From NCBI GenBank assembly GCA_030390025.1, contig JASTWF010000339.1:372001-436000 (forward strand): 64,000 nucleotides of DNA, given 5' to 3'. The DNA is from Squalus acanthias (Eukaryota). Each line of letters opens with the position of its first letter. The first letter of the stretch is position 1. The notes under the pieces were generated by a model, which did no database searches, had not been told where the DNA came from, and saw only the letters and a program-made list of their open reading frames with translations. Made by a program: the position numbers and the translations under genes. This document shows, in pieces, positions 62,370 through 64,000 of this stretch.

Positions 62370-62720
62370 GAAGCGTCGCCCACTCGTGGTTCCTTTACAA
62401 AGATGGCTGCGCATGCGCTCTACCGCTCGTTCAGGCATGTTTGGGAAACACAAACCCTCAGCTTTCCGTTACAAAGATGGCGGCCGTTAACCTGGACCTT
62501 TTACCAGGAAAAAGCCTCCGAGCTGCAAACGGGAAACCTGTCGGTTCTCATTCTGGGCTTGCGCCCTACACCAGGTGTTTATGAAGCTCATCCGCCGGGT
62601 GCTTTACCTGTCTGCGCCCCGCGTTTGTCGCACTCGCCCGGCTCTGATCACAGTGACACTGCGCATGCTCCAAATACAGGCGGGCACTGCGCCTGCGCAC
62701 TGGGCTCCTCCAGTGTGAAT
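62370..62720 (-). promoter_or_regulatory. CpG-rich promoter / first exon of the ZNF pseudogene
   Basis: TGCGCATGCGC at 62408-62418, AAGATGGCGGC (YY1-type) at 62474-62484, further GCGCATG/GCGCCTGCGC at 62660-62700. Homologous to 3170-3310. Confidence 0.65.
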
Positions 62721-62907
62721 GGGGCACATTCTCCCCCGTGGGGCATGCTGGGGAACATTGAAAGTCCCAATTAGTGAATGGAGAATGAGTTTCTGTGATC
62801 CCATTGAGAGAGAATTCATCAATAATTCACACACAAACACCAGTGCACGGGCACTCTGCCATGGTTCAGTCCTGGATGTGATTAATAACAGAATCCAAAC
62901 CCCTGCA

Positions 62908-63612
62908 GTCACATGTGAACTCACTGGAGTCTCAGCAGGTGGGGTGAATTTCTTCCCACATCCAGGATATTGAAACAGCCTCTCTCCAGTATCAATGCGC
63001 TGATCGTGCATCAGCTACTTTGAACTTTAAAAAGCTTTTCTCACTGTCAGAGTATTTACAGCAACTGTTCTTAATGTGGACACTCTGGGGTGTCAACAGT
63101 TGGGACAACGGAGTGAATCCCTTCCCACACGTGAAGTATCTAAACGGTCTCTCTCCAGTGTGACTGTACTGGTGTGTCAGTAAATGGGATTATCGATTGA
63201 ATCACTTTCCACATTCAGAGCAGAGAATGGATTCTCCCCATTATGAACATGTTAGGGCGGGAATAGTTGAGATAACTGAGTGACTCTCTATCCACAATCA
63301 GCTGGTGAACAGCCTCTCTCCCCGGTGTGACAGTTTCAATGAGTTTGCACCTCAGACTGAACCCGTTCCCACATTCCCCACATTTACACTGTTGATTCAG
63401 GTGGGCGCACGAGTCTCACAGACTAGACGATTTGTTAAAAGTGGATCCAGGCACAGAACACGTGTCCTGTTTCTCCCCGCTGTGATTGGTGCTTTTTCCT
63501 TCTATATCCAAAGGCCGATGATATTCAGGTCCTGATAATCTGGTGAATGTCAAATCTTGACGCAATGTTTGGATTCGGTTTCCATCTGCAGATCCTCCCC
63601 TTCTAATACCCT
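62908..63612 (-). pseudogene. Highly degenerate C2H2 ZNF pseudogene
   Basis: Remnant CGKGFT and HTGERP codons on the minus strand, exon-start homology at 63510-63612, and the ZNF 3' UTR at 62855-62910. Confidence 0.7.
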
Positions 63613-63831
63613 CATATGGTGTTTACAACAGGATAGAACTTCAAAACAGACAAATCTAGTTTCTATACAACATCCTTTCCCCTCCTGTCCCTCCTAAGCT
63701 GTAAATTCCCCATTCTACACTCTCCCTTCATCCTTACTGTCTAAAAACAACATTCATTACATCATCTGGGATTTTGTGTCTCTCCTTCTCTCCAGAAGGA
63801 ACTGAATCTGGCTGGGTGCAATTAGTTAACC

Positions 63832-64000
63832 TCTACATTTTGGTAGGAAGAACGAGGAGAGGCAATATATACTAAAGGGTACAATTCTATAGGGGGTGCC
63901 TGAACAGAGAGACCTGGGGGTTTATGTATACAAATCATTGAAGGTGGCAGGGCAGGTTGAGAAAGTGGTTAAAAAGCATACGGGATCCTGGGCTTCATAA
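63832..64000 (+). mobile_element. CR1 ORF2 fragment (runs off the window end)
   Basis: HFGRKNEERQY...EQRDLGVYVYKSLKVAGQVEKVVK; similar to 6470-6640. Confidence 0.85.

Overview
Eukaryotic, repeat-rich vertebrate DNA. A cartilaginous fish (shark) is inferred from the CR1, L2, Deu-SINE and Penelope repeat families and from the type of zinc-finger genes; the species cannot be proven from this window alone. Bases 1-37 kb hold a cluster of KRAB-less C2H2 zinc-finger genes and pseudogenes with CpG-island promoters. Two of the genes sit in the arms of a ~5 kb inverted duplication, and the whole region is shredded by CR1, L2, Penelope-like and SINE insertions plus one MITE. Bases 37.4-61.05 kb are a 67-bp satellite array containing one young CR1 and three junction-identical copies of a Neptune-type Penelope-like element (RT + GIY-YIG), each with a minimal hammerhead ribozyme. 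The last 3 kb hold two more ZNF pseudogenes. The most notable signals are: (i) seven hammerhead motifs from two Penelope families; (ii) a 210-bp palindromic hammerhead-bearing mini-element with a 13-bp TSD whose empty site is visible in the paralogous arm; (iii) a Penelope+satellite higher-order repeat of 5.0-5.8 kb; (iv) ZNF paralogs with conserved N-terminal fingers and rapidly replaced C-terminal fingers. All calls were made by eye, with no database searches. TE boundaries are approximate unless a TSD is given.
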